Positions 28,251 through 36,906 of a DNA stretch of 64,000 nt are shown here, piece after piece. The notes beneath the pieces are model-generated. The model did no database searches and was not told where the DNA came from. It worked only from the letters and a program-made list of their open reading frames with translations. The position numbers were made by a program, and so were the translations under genes. The stretch comes from an uncultured Acidimicrobiales bacterium. Its GTDB lineage: Bacteria > Actinomycetota > Acidimicrobiia > Acidimicrobiales > AC-14. Every line of letters starts with the position of its first letter. The first letter of the stretch is position 1. Location: NCBI GenBank assembly GCA_964479465.1, contig CAYZMG010000003.1:56812-120811 (forward strand), given 5' to 3'.

Positions 28251-28655
28251 CTACGGGCGGGATTCGACCTTGCCGCCCAGGGCCTCCCAGACGGCCTCCG
28301 TGTGGCTGAAGGTCCCATCGCGGAGCCGGTCGACGACGTCGGGCGAGGCGTTGAGCTCCTGGGCGCAGGCCACGATCGCCTCCCGGTCGGCCGGCCAGAT
28401 CGACGGTCGCAGGTAGGCCGCGATGCGGCCGCGGGCTTCGGCTTCGTCATGGTCGAGCTGCACATCGTTCGACTGTTCGGGGTGAAGGTCGCCACTCAGG
28501 AGGGCGTCCGTCGTTGGCTCGCCGTCGGCCGCACCCTCCTGATGGCGCCCCTCGTCGGCTCGCGCTTCGCTCGGCGAGCCCTGGGTCAGCGGTCGGGTGT
28601 CATGCTTCAGGCCGTCGTCGATCCTGGGGGAGTGCTTGTCGCTTCCGCGTTCCAT
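28251..28655 (-). CDS. DUF2795-family protein
   Basis: ORF 28251..28655(-). N-terminus MERGSDKHSPRIDDGLKHDT. The C-terminal part is WPADREAIVACAQELNASPDVVDRLRDGTFSHTEAVWEALG. Confidence 0.75.
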   Translation of the reverse strand: MERGSDKHSPRIDDGLKHDTRPLTQGSPSEARADEGRHQEGAADGEPTTDALLSGDLHPEQSNDVQLDHDEAEARGRIAAYLRPSIWPADREAIVACAQELNASPDVVDRLRDGTFSHTEAVWEALGGKVESRP

Positions 28656-28672
28656 GAGGGCCTCCTACCCAG

Positions 28673-29713
28673 ATGGCCTGGAATGACAAGCTTGTAACTG
28701 TCGCAGCGGCTTGGGATGCTGGACGGGTGGCACTCACGGCGCTCCTTCCCTCCTCTCCGTCCCTCGAGACGGCCGCCCGGCGTCTGGCCGCGCTGCTCAC
28801 GGGGGGCGAAGGCGGCCTGGCCGACCCTGGCAACGGCCATCTCCAGTTCGATGCCGAGATCCGGCTCCGACCCCTCGTTCGGGCCGATGCCGCGCCGGCG
28901 GAGGTATGGGCGGTCGACGGCGGGCAGGCCGTGGTGGCCGACGCCCGGTGCCTGCAGCTCGTCGTGGCCCGCGCCGCCCGGGTCTGCTTCCGCCTCGGGA
29001 CCTGCGAGACCGAGGACGAGGGCGACCTGCGCGCCTTCCTGCTGGGCGGCAGGGAAAACCGGGTCGTGGCCGGCGCCCTGGGCCTGGGCATCGCCGAGGA
29101 CGCCACCGTCGACCTCGGCCTGCTGCGGGACCACGAGGAGTGGGTGGCCGTCGACCGCTGCGTCGCCGAGGCCGCGCCCGGGGCCATGGTCCTCGTCGAT
29201 GGCGACCTGGAGCCCGACTGGCGGGTGCCGCCGTCGTGGCTGACCGATCTGCTGGGCCGCGCCGCGTCGCGGGGTGTCGTTGTGGCGGCCGTCACCAAGC
29301 GATCGTCGTTGTCGCGGGGCGGGGCGCCCTTGCTGGGGGCGCTGGAGATCGAGGCCACCCGCGAGCTCGGCCCGCGGGCGATGTGGTGGGCGCCGGTGGC
29401 GCGGAGCCGGGCCGGCGCCCGGGTGGTGGCCGCCCGCCTCGACGCCGACGCGCCGTTCGCCTTCCGGGTCGACCTGTCACCCGGCGCCGACCCCGAGACC
29501 GCCCTCGCCGCACTGGCCGCCCTGTGCGACGACGCCGGCTTCCCGGGCTACCCCTACCCGCTCACCGTCGCCGACCGCCTGGCCGCCTGCCCCGGCTGGC
29601 TCCGCCAGGACACCTGGTACGAGCTGGAGGAGCTGCTCGACCAGGCCGGCGTCCCCGCCGAAGTCCGCGAGCGCGCCTTCGCCGACCGCCACGACCTCAT
29701 GGAGCGGTTTTGA
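28673..29713 (+). CDS. nurA: NurA-family 5'-3' nuclease
   Basis: ORF 28673..29713(+). Carries VWAVDGGQAVV, VLVDGDL and the C-terminal GFPGYPYPLTVADRLA typical of NurA. It sits directly upstream of herA. The start is uncertain, being only 17 nt from the divergent start. Confidence 0.75.
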   Translation: MAWNDKLVTVAAAWDAGRVALTALLPSSPSLETAARRLAALLTGGEGGLADPGNGHLQFDAEIRLRPLVRADAAPAEVWAVDGGQAVVADARCLQLVVARAARVCFRLGTCETEDEGDLRAFLLGGRENRVVAGALGLGIAEDATVDLGLLRDHEEWVAVDRCVAEAAPGAMVLVDGDLEPDWRVPPSWLTDLLGRAASRGVVVAAVTKRSSLSRGGAPLLGALEIEATRELGPRAMWWAPVARSRAGARVVAARLDADAPFAFRVDLSPGADPETALAALAALCDDAGFPGYPYPLTVADRLAACPGWLRQDTWYELEELLDQAGVPAEVRERAFADRHDLMERF

Positions 29714-30057
29714 TTTCGCGCTCGCAAGCAGAGCTTGCTCGGCGAGGCAGTTGCGCTCCACCCGACCGGCAGAGCCGGTCGGGCTCCGCCGTTCCTTTCT
29801 TGGCCGCCAGCCGAGAGGGGCGGCCTGCGGCCGCTCCTGCGGCCGGCGGCAATGGGGGTCTGTGATGTCCACTGGGCGGTTGTTGATTTCGCGCTCGCAA
29901 GCAGAGCTTGCTCGGCGAGGCAGTTGCGCTCCACCCGACCGGCAGAGCCGGTCGGGCTCCGCCGTTCCTTTCTTGGCCGCCAGCCGAGAGGGGCGGCCTG
30001 CGGCCGCTCCTGCGGCCGGCGGCAATGGGGGCCTCTGATGTCCACCGGGCGGCTGTT
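29708..30057 (+). repeat. tandem direct repeat, 2 x 173 bp, spanning the nurA stop / herA start junction
   Basis: 29711-29883 and 29884-30056 align base-for-base with only 4 mismatches, all in the last ~30 nt. Each unit holds four GC-rich hairpins. In unit 1 these are at 29724-29738, 29761-29783, 29802-29825 and 29828-29845. Confidence 0.95.
29865..30038 (+). other. 57-codon upstream ORF created by the duplication; its stop overlaps the herA ATG (TGATG)
   Basis: ATG 29865 has the same GGGGG spacing as the herA start. It reads MSTGRLLISRSQAELARRG…GGNGGL and stops at TGA 30036-30038. Translation is not demonstrated. Confidence 0.35.
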
Positions 30058-31597
30058 CGGGAAGAACGTGCTCGAAGGGGTGTTCCGGGCCGCGCCCGAC
30101 GAGGATCTCTTCCTGGGCGAGCTGCTGGTGGCGGTCGACGAGGCCACGGGCCGGCGCTACCTGTTCCGCATCGTCGATGTGACCTACGGCACCGAGCACC
30201 GGGAGCCGGGCTGGGCCGAGCGGGTGGCGGGCACGCTACTGGTCGACGACGCCCGGGGCGAAGCCGGCCTGCACCGGCTCTACGACCAGTCCCGCCGGAC
30301 CTACCGGGTGGCGACGTGCCGCTGCCTCGGGTACCTGACACCCGACGGCGCCGACTTCCGCCGGCCCAAGAGCTTGCCCACCCAGTTCTCCCAGGTGGTC
30401 AAGCCCGAGGCCGCCGATTTCGACTTCCTGCGCACCCGCATGGGCGACCTGCCCGTGGGCACGTTGCGCAGCGGCGAGGAGACGGTCGATTTCGAGGTCG
30501 GCATCGCCGGCCGCAGCCTGGCCAGCCACGTCGGCATCTTCGCCACCACCGGCATGGGCAAGTCGAACCTGATGATGGTTCTGGCCGGCGACGTCCTGCG
30601 CTCCGCCGGCCGCTACGGCCTCCTGCTGATCGACCCCCACGGCGAGTACCGCACCCAGCTCGCCCGCCACCCGTGGGCGGGGGAGCGGCTGCGCACTTAC
30701 GCCGCCCGGCCGCTGCCCAACACGTCGTCGCTGAAGGTCGGCCTGGCCGAGCTCACCGTCGACGACCTGCGCACGGCATATGACTGGTCCCGCCCGCAGG
30801 AGGAGGCGCTCTACGAGCTGGAGAAGAAGTTCGGGGGCGACGGCCTGTCCTGGCTGGTGGCGTTCGCCCAGGTGGAGGATCTCCCGGGTCTGCGCGACGT
30901 TGAGCTGAACGGGCGGGTGGCGATGAACACCCTGCAGGTCCTGCACCGGCGGGCCCGGCGCATCGTGGAGCTGCCCTGCATCGCTGCCGACGCCCATGTC
31001 TCGGTCGGCGCCGCCGTGCTGCGGGATCTGCGCGAGGGCCGCGTCGTCCTCATCGACGTGAGCGGCCTCGGCTCCACCGAGGAGCTGCTGGTCGCCGCCT
31101 TCCTCACCCGCCGGGTGCTGGAGGAGTGGTCCACGGCCTACCTGGAGGATCCCGAGGCCCACGAGCGGCTGCCCGTGGTGGCCGTCGTACTCGAGGAGGC
31201 CCAGCGGGTGCTGGCCGCCAGCAAGGACCGTGACTCCAACGTCTTCCCCCGGGTGGCAAGGGAGGGGCGCAAGTTCAAGGTCGGCCTCTGCGCCGTCACC
31301 CAGCAGCCCAAGCTCCTCGACGGCGAGCTGCTCAGCCAGTTCAACACCTTCTTCATCCTCGGTCTGGCCGACGAGAAGGACCGCACCATCCTGCGCTCGT
31401 CGTCGAAGCAGGACATCGCCGCCCTCGGCCCCGAGATCCAGACCCTCATGCCCGGTGAGTGCCTGCTGGCCAACCTCGACGCCCCCTTCGCCGTGCCGGC
31501 CAAGATCCACCTCTGGGCCGACGTGGTGCGCAACTGCCCGCCGCCGCCGGCGCCCCGCCCCGTGGTCGCCGCCAACGTCTCGGCGATGGTCGACTGA
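30038..31597 (+). CDS. herA: HerA-family (FtsK/HerA clade) hexameric ATPase/helicase
   Basis: In ORF 29735..31597(+), start at ATG 30038 after the repeat. Walker A is GIFATTGMGKSNLM. Walker B region is VVAVVLEEAQRV. The conserved segment GRKFKVGLCAVTQQP is present. Confidence 0.85.
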   Translation: MSTGRLFGKNVLEGVFRAAPDEDLFLGELLVAVDEATGRRYLFRIVDVTYGTEHREPGWAERVAGTLLVDDARGEAGLHRLYDQSRRTYRVATCRCLGYLTPDGADFRRPKSLPTQFSQVVKPEAADFDFLRTRMGDLPVGTLRSGEETVDFEVGIAGRSLASHVGIFATTGMGKSNLMMVLAGDVLRSAGRYGLLLIDPHGEYRTQLARHPWAGERLRTYAARPLPNTSSLKVGLAELTVDDLRTAYDWSRPQEEALYELEKKFGGDGLSWLVAFAQVEDLPGLRDVELNGRVAMNTLQVLHRRARRIVELPCIAADAHVSVGAAVLRDLREGRVVLIDVSGLGSTEELLVAAFLTRRVLEEWSTAYLEDPEAHERLPVVAVVLEEAQRVLAASKDRDSNVFPRVAREGRKFKVGLCAVTQQPKLLDGELLSQFNTFFILGLADEKDRTILRSSSKQDIAALGPEIQTLMPGECLLANLDAPFAVPAKIHLWADVVRNCPPPPAPRPVVAANVSAMVD

Positions 31598-32721
31598 TGC
31601 GCGTCGCAGCGCTGGGCGACGCCCACCTCGGCCGCTCGTACTACTCGTACACGACGGCCGACGGCTTCAACCAGCGCGAGCGCGACTTCGAGGACTCCTT
31701 CACCCGGGCGGTGGAGCTGGCCCTCGCCCAGTCGCCCGACCTGCTGGTGTGGCTGGGCGACATCTTCGACCACCCCCGCCCCACCTACCGGTCCTACCGC
31801 ATTGCCCAGAGGGCGCTGGTGCGCATCCGCGAGCACGGCACGCCGCTCGTGCTGATCACAGGCAACCACGACACGCCCCGGCTCCCGGGCACCGGCAGCC
31901 CCTACTCGGCGCTGGCCGACCTGTTTCCCGAGTTCCACTTCGCCCATCGCATGGCGTATGAGCGGTTCGCCTTTCCCGGGCTCGTCGTCCACGCCGTGCC
32001 CCAGATGCTCACCGTCGACGCCACCCTCGACGCCCTGGCCGAGGCCCGCCTGAGCCGGTCCTCCGACGCCACCAACCTCCTGCTGACCCACCCCCGGGTG
32101 CCGCAGGTCGAGCCCCACCACTCCGACATCAACGAGATCGCGGTCGACGCCGGCCTGCTCAAGTCCTCGGCCGACCTGGCCCTCCTCGGGCACTACCACT
32201 TCCACACCAAGGTCGACAGCGGCATCTGGTACGCCGGCTCCACCGACACGTTCTCCTACGCGGATGATCCCGAAGTGGCCAAGGGCATCGTCCTGCTTGA
32301 CACCGACTCCGGCCAGATCGCCCACATCCCCCTGAGCGGCCAGCGGCCGCTCATCACCCCGCCCGCGGTGCACGCCCTGGGGCTGTCGCCGGCCGAGGTG
32401 CAGGAGCGGGTCCTGGAGCGGGTGGCGGCGGTGCCGGCCGGCGCCGTGGTCCGCCTGTTCCTCGAGGGCGTCGACCCCGAGGCCTACCGCATGCTCGACC
32501 TGGAGGCGATCCGGGCGGCGTCGGCCCACGCCCTCCACCTCAAGCTCCAGCCCGACTTTGCCGGCTCGAAGACCAACGTGGAGCTGCCCGACCTGGCCTC
32601 GCTGCCGGTGCAGTGGGCCAACTACGTGCAGGGCCAGGACCTCGTCGGCTTCGATCGAGACCGCATACGGAACAAGGGCGACGAGTACCTGGCCCGCGCC
32701 GTCGAGGAGGCCATCGACTAG
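31597..32721 (+). CDS. mre11: Mre11/SbcD-family nuclease (calcineurin-like phosphoesterase)
   Basis: In ORF 31459..32721(+). ATG 31597 overlaps the herA stop (TGATG). Phosphoesterase motifs: GDAHLG, GDIFD, GNHD, LLTHP and GHYH. Confidence 0.85.
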   Translation: MRVAALGDAHLGRSYYSYTTADGFNQRERDFEDSFTRAVELALAQSPDLLVWLGDIFDHPRPTYRSYRIAQRALVRIREHGTPLVLITGNHDTPRLPGTGSPYSALADLFPEFHFAHRMAYERFAFPGLVVHAVPQMLTVDATLDALAEARLSRSSDATNLLLTHPRVPQVEPHHSDINEIAVDAGLLKSSADLALLGHYHFHTKVDSGIWYAGSTDTFSYADDPEVAKGIVLLDTDSGQIAHIPLSGQRPLITPPAVHALGLSPAEVQERVLERVAAVPAGAVVRLFLEGVDPEAYRMLDLEAIRAASAHALHLKLQPDFAGSKTNVELPDLASLPVQWANYVQGQDLVGFDRDRIRNKGDEYLARAVEEAID

Positions 32722-32723
32722 CC

Positions 32724-35000
32724 GTGCGCGTCACCCGACTGCACCTGCGGAACTACCGCGTGTTCGAGGACGACCTCGACCTGGAGATCCCGCCGGGGCT
32801 CGTCGGCATCTACGGGCTCAACGGCGCCGGCAAGTCGGCGCTCATCGAGAGCATCCGGTTCACCCTCTACGGCAAGTCGCGGACCCAGATGGACGAGGTG
32901 CGCACGTCGGGCGTCAACGCCGAGTGCCTCACCGAGGTGGAGTTCGAGCACGAGGGCCACCTGTACCTCGTGCGGCGCACGATCAGCGGGTCCAACTCCC
33001 AGGTCAAGGCGGAGGCCCACGCCGACGGCCAGCAGGTGGCCGAGGGCGTGCGCGACACGAGCCGCTACGTCCACTCCATCCTGGGCATGAGCGACGCCGC
33101 CTTCCGGGCCTCCGTCTTCGCCGAGCAGAAGCAGATCGCCGCGTTCAGCGAGCAGACGCCGGCCGACCGCCGCAAGCTGGTCCTCCAGCTGCTGGGCATC
33201 ACGCCGCTCGACGCGGCGCGCGACCTGGCCCGCAAGGACGCCCGCTTCGCCCAGGACCAGTTCCAGCGCCTGCGCAGCGTGCTGCCCGACCTCGACCTGC
33301 TGCGCCTGGCCGTCGCCGCCGCCGATGTGGCCGCCGCCGAGGCCGAGGAGCGCAAGGCGGAACATGAGGCCGTCGCTGTCGTCGCCCGGGCCGAGTTGGA
33401 GAAGGCCGTCGCCCGCCACCTCGACCTCGACGTCCTGCGCCAGGAGCACGAGCGGCTGGTGGCCGAGGGTAAGGCGGTGCGCGAGCAGTACGAGAAGGCC
33501 GCGGCCTGGGTGGCCAAGCTCACCGAGGAGAAGGCCGACCTTGAACGGGTGGCCGAGCGGCTGAAGATCCTGACTCCGGATGCCGAGGGCTGGAAGGCGG
33601 CGGAGGACCGGCTGCGGCTGGTGGAGGCGGTGGTGGCCGCGCAGGCCGCACTGGCGAAGGTGCCGGTACCGGTCACGCCGCTGGCGCCGGACGAGTCGGG
33701 GTACGAGGTGGCCCGCGCCGAGGCGGAGGAGGCCAAGGTGGCCCTGGCCGCCGTCAACGCCACCATCCAGGCGGCGAAGGTCGAGCGCGATCGGGCCACC
33801 GAGGCGGTGACCCGCTCGGCCGCGCTCACGGGCGAGGGCGACTGCCCGCTGTGCGGCCAGGCCCTGGGTGACGCCTTCGAGGCGGTGCAGGCCCACCGGA
33901 AGGCCGACCTGGCCGAGATCGAGGCCCGCCTCAACGAGCTGGAGCTCGATCACCGTCAGGCCGTCGTCTCAGCCACGACCAAGGGCGAGCACGCCGCCGT
34001 CCTGGCCAAGGCGCTCCGGCGGGCCCAGGAGGAGTGGGCCACGCACGAGAAGCGAGTCGCACGCCGCCAGGAGGCGGAGGCCGCCCTCGCCGCCGCCGAG
34101 GCCGCCCTCGGACGGCCCCTTACCGACGGCGAGCGGAGCGCGCTGGCGGCCGAGGTCGAGCGCCGGCGCCAGGCCAAGGACGAGTGCCAGCGAATCCATG
34201 GTCGGTTGGAGCGACGGGAGGCCGTCGCCGGCGAGCTCGACGTGGAGCAGGCGGCCATGGCCGAGAGCCTGGGGCGGCTGGCGGCGTTGCGCGACAAGGT
34301 CGCCGGCCTCAACTTCCACCCGGATCAGCTCACCGTGGCCCTGGCCGAGCGGGCACGCCTCCAGGCCGCGGCCGAAGCCGCCAACCTGCGGGCCCAGGGC
34401 TCGACGGTCGTGGCCACCCAGGCTCGGGAGCGAGCCCAGGCCGAGGCCCGCCGCCTGGGCGAGGCCACCGAGCAGCACGCGCAGCTGGCCGAGTTGGGGG
34501 AGGAGGCTCGCCATCTGGCCCGCCTTGGCGACCTGCTCAACGCCTTCCGCAACACCTTGGTGGCCTCGGTCGGTCCCCGGCTCTCGGCCCAGGCGGCCGA
34601 GCTGTTCGCCGAGCTGACCGACCGGGAGTACGACCGCCTGGAGGTCGACCCCGACACCTACGAGATCAAGATCCTCGACGCCGGCCGCACCTTCGGCATG
34701 GGCCGGTTCTCCGGGTCGGAGACCGATCTGGCCAACCTGGCCCTGCGGGTCGCGGTGAGCGAGCACGTGCGCTTCCAGTCCGGCGGCGCCGTCGGCCTCC
34801 TCGTGCTCGACGAGGTGTTCGGCCCCCTCGACGACGACCGCAAGGCCCGGATGCTTGTCGCCCTGGAACGGCTGCGGGCCCGGTTCCGCCAGGTGCTGGT
34901 CGTCACCCACGACACAGCCATCAAGGAACAGCTCCCGAACGCCATCGAGGTCGTCAAGCTGCCCGGCCGGCGGGCCACGGCGCGCACCGTCAACGCCTGA
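32724..35000 (+). CDS. rad50: Rad50/SbcC-family SMC-like ATPase with CxxC zinc hook
   Basis: In ORF 32613..35000(+). GTG 32724 lies 2 nt after the mre11 stop. Walker A is GLNGAGKS. A long coiled coil carries the hook GDCPLCGQ at its centre. Signature SGSETDLANLA; Walker B LLVLDEVFGPLD. Confidence 0.85.
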   Translation: MRVTRLHLRNYRVFEDDLDLEIPPGLVGIYGLNGAGKSALIESIRFTLYGKSRTQMDEVRTSGVNAECLTEVEFEHEGHLYLVRRTISGSNSQVKAEAHADGQQVAEGVRDTSRYVHSILGMSDAAFRASVFAEQKQIAAFSEQTPADRRKLVLQLLGITPLDAARDLARKDARFAQDQFQRLRSVLPDLDLLRLAVAAADVAAAEAEERKAEHEAVAVVARAELEKAVARHLDLDVLRQEHERLVAEGKAVREQYEKAAAWVAKLTEEKADLERVAERLKILTPDAEGWKAAEDRLRLVEAVVAAQAALAKVPVPVTPLAPDESGYEVARAEAEEAKVALAAVNATIQAAKVERDRATEAVTRSAALTGEGDCPLCGQALGDAFEAVQAHRKADLAEIEARLNELELDHRQAVVSATTKGEHAAVLAKALRRAQEEWATHEKRVARRQEAEAALAAAEAALGRPLTDGERSALAAEVERRRQAKDECQRIHGRLERREAVAGELDVEQAAMAESLGRLAALRDKVAGLNFHPDQLTVALAERARLQAAAEAANLRAQGSTVVATQARERAQAEARRLGEATEQHAQLAELGEEARHLARLGDLLNAFRNTLVASVGPRLSAQAAELFAELTDREYDRLEVDPDTYEIKILDAGRTFGMGRFSGSETDLANLALRVAVSEHVRFQSGGAVGLLVLDEVFGPLDDDRKARMLVALERLRARFRQVLVVTHDTAIKEQLPNAIEVVKLPGRRATARTVNA

Positions 35001-35040
35001 CGATTTCCCGTCGGGCCCTGCGAGCAGGTACAACCGGTCC

Positions 35041-35796
35041 GTGGTGTGGATTCTCGATCTCGACGGAGTGGTGTGGCTGGCCGAGGACGTCATCCCCGGC
35101 GTCCCGGAGGCGGTCGCCCGCCTGCGCGAAGCCGGCAACACCATCCTCTTCCTGACCAACAACTCCAGCCGCACGGTGGCTGACATGGTCGAGAAGTTCG
35201 AACGCATGGGGATCCCCGTCGAGGCCGACGAGATCGTCACCTCGGCCCAGGCCGCTGCGTCCATGCTCGAACCCGGCACCGTTGCCCTGGTCTGCGCCGG
35301 CGACGGGGTGCGCGAGGCCCTCGGCGCTCGGGGCGTGAAGATGGTCGACGAAGGCGAGGCCGACGCCGTCGTGGTGGGGTTCCACAAGGAGTTCGATTAC
35401 AAGCGCCTCAACGCCGCCTACCAGGCCATCCGGGGCGGCGCCCGCCTGATCGGCACCAACGACGACACGACCTACCCGACGCCCGACGGGCCGATCCCCG
35501 GAGGCGGTGCGCTGTTGGCGGCGGTGGCGGCGGCCGCCGGCGTGGAGCCCGAGGTGGCAGGCAAGCCCTACCAGCCCATGGCCGACGCGGTGCGGGCCCG
35601 CATCGGGGATGCGGCCGACGACGGGATGGTCGTTGGCGACCGTCCCGACACCGACGGGCTGATCGCGCGGCGACTGGGGCTGCCGTTCGCCCTCGTCTTC
35701 ACCGGCGTGACGTCCGAGGACGACCTGCCCGTCGAGCCCGAGCCGGCGACGACGGCGCCGGATCTGGCCACCCTGGTCAATCAGAAACTGGGATAA
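35041..35796 (+). CDS. HAD-IIA family hydrolase (NagD-like)
   Basis: In ORF 34855..35796(+), GTG 35041 (VVWILDLDGVVW…LFLTNNSSR…VGDRPDTD). Confidence 0.8.
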   Translation: MVWILDLDGVVWLAEDVIPGVPEAVARLREAGNTILFLTNNSSRTVADMVEKFERMGIPVEADEIVTSAQAAASMLEPGTVALVCAGDGVREALGARGVKMVDEGEADAVVVGFHKEFDYKRLNAAYQAIRGGARLIGTNDDTTYPTPDGPIPGGGALLAAVAAAAGVEPEVAGKPYQPMADAVRARIGDAADDGMVVGDRPDTDGLIARRLGLPFALVFTGVTSEDDLPVEPEPATTAPDLATLVNQKLG

Positions 35797-36216
35797 CTAG
35801 GAGTTGGCGTAGACCCACGGGTCGATGGTGAGGTAGCGCCGGCGATCCTCACAGCTGTCACGGACGGCGGAGATGTTCAGTACCGCTTTCCCCGCTTCCT
35901 GCTCGCCGGTGACCACCACTTCGTAGTCGCCGGCCTCGGGGCCGCACTCCTCGGAGTTGAAGCTCATGCGGCCGGCGCTGAGGGTGAACGACCCGGAGGT
36001 CGCGCCGGGTCCCTCGGGCACCACGAGGACGTAGTCGCCGTCGGCCCGCAGCTGGAGCAGGCCTTGGTGGATCGACCGGTAGATGCCCGTGACGTCGCCG
36101 GCGGTGGCCGGCACGCCCGGCGCCGGCGGCTTCACGTTGCTCGACGGTTTGGACTTCATGGCGCTGCACCCGCCGGCGATCATGAGGAGCAGGGCAGTGG
36201 CGAAGAGGCGTTTCAT
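35797..36216 (-). CDS. hypothetical lipoprotein
   Basis: ORF 35797..36216(-). Lipobox in MKRLFATALLLMIAGGCSA. No family recognised. Confidence 0.6.
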   Translation of the reverse strand: MKRLFATALLLMIAGGCSAMKSKPSSNVKPPAPGVPATAGDVTGIYRSIHQGLLQLRADGDYVLVVPEGPGATSGSFTLSAGRMSFNSEECGPEAGDYEVVVTGEQEAGKAVLNISAVRDSCEDRRRYLTIDPWVYANS

Positions 36217-36324
36217 CTCCCCCGGATCCTGCCCTGTGTTGTCCTCATTGGGGAAATGCTTGATCTTGCGCGGTCTGTCGGATCAGATGTCCTCCGATAC
36301 CTGTCCCTGTAGAAGGAGGTGGTC

Positions 36325-36828
36325 GTGAACAAGTCCGATGTGATTCAAGACGTGGCCGGCGTGTCCGGTGTGAGCAAGTCAGACGTGGAAAAGGTCATCG
36401 ACGCCTTCTTCGACTCGGTCCGGACCGCGGCGAGCAACGGTGACCGGGTGGCGTGGCCGAGCTTCGGTTCGTTCTCGGTCACCCAGCGCCAGGCCCGCAC
36501 CGGCCGCAACCCCCGCACGGGAGAGCCCGTACCCATCGCCGCGTCGAAGGCGCTGAAGTTCTCCGCCAGCTCGGCGCTCAAGACGGCCCTCAACCCGCCC
36601 AAGGCGAAGGCGGCCAAGAAGGGCGCTACCGCCGCTCCGGCCAAGAAGGGTGCCGCGGCGCCGAAGAAGGCGGCTGCGGCTCCCAAGAAGGCGGCGCCGG
36701 CGGCCAAAGCAGCGCCGGCCAAGAAGGCGGCGCCGGCCAAGAAGGCGGCGCCGGCCAAGAAGGCCGCCACCAAGGCCCCCGCAGCCAAGGCGCCGGCCAA
36801 GAAGGCCACCAAGAAGGCCAAGAAGTAG
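36325..36828 (+). CDS. hupB: HU-family nucleoid protein with Lys/Ala/Pro-rich C-terminal tail (HupB/Hlp type)
   Basis: ORF 36319..36828(+). I prefer GTG 36325 because AAGGAGG (36313-36319) lies 5 nt upstream. HU fold motifs are FGSFSVTQRQARTGRNPRTGE. The tail consists of AAPAKKAAPAKK-type repeats. Confidence 0.9.
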   Translation: MNKSDVIQDVAGVSGVSKSDVEKVIDAFFDSVRTAASNGDRVAWPSFGSFSVTQRQARTGRNPRTGEPVPIAASKALKFSASSALKTALNPPKAKAAKKGATAAPAKKGAAAPKKAAAAPKKAAPAAKAAPAKKAAPAKKAAPAKKAATKAPAAKAPAKKATKKAKK

Positions 36829-36906
36829 CAACCGCCGCCGGCGGGCCGGCGGTGAATGGTTCAAACGCACCTTGCATTTGGACCGGAGGAGCCTCACGGT
36901 GTGGGC

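Noticed and set aside
29708-30057. Possible CRISPR array or other spaced repeat
   Set aside because: There are only two directly abutting 173-bp units with no spacers and no cas genes. The repeat is far longer than CRISPR repeats.
29735-31597. 620-aa extended HerA ORF starting inside the repeat
   Set aside because: The first ~100 codons merely read through the duplicated leader (hairpin sequence) without a start context. The duplicated MSTGRL start plus GGGGG spacing points to ATG 30038.
28673-35000. Interpretation as a mobile anti-phage defence island
   Set aside because: The GC content is native, there are no mobility genes, and the neighbours are housekeeping. The tight linkage to Mre11/Rad50 fits DNA-end processing better. 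A conflict-related role is not excluded, so I only lower its priority.
36595-36828. Short tandem DNA repeats (GCGGCGCCGGCCAAGAAG-type), also at about 61790-61900
   Set aside because: They are in-frame coding repeats. They produce the Lys/Ala tails of HupB and SepH, a known property of these proteins, and are not independent repeat elements.
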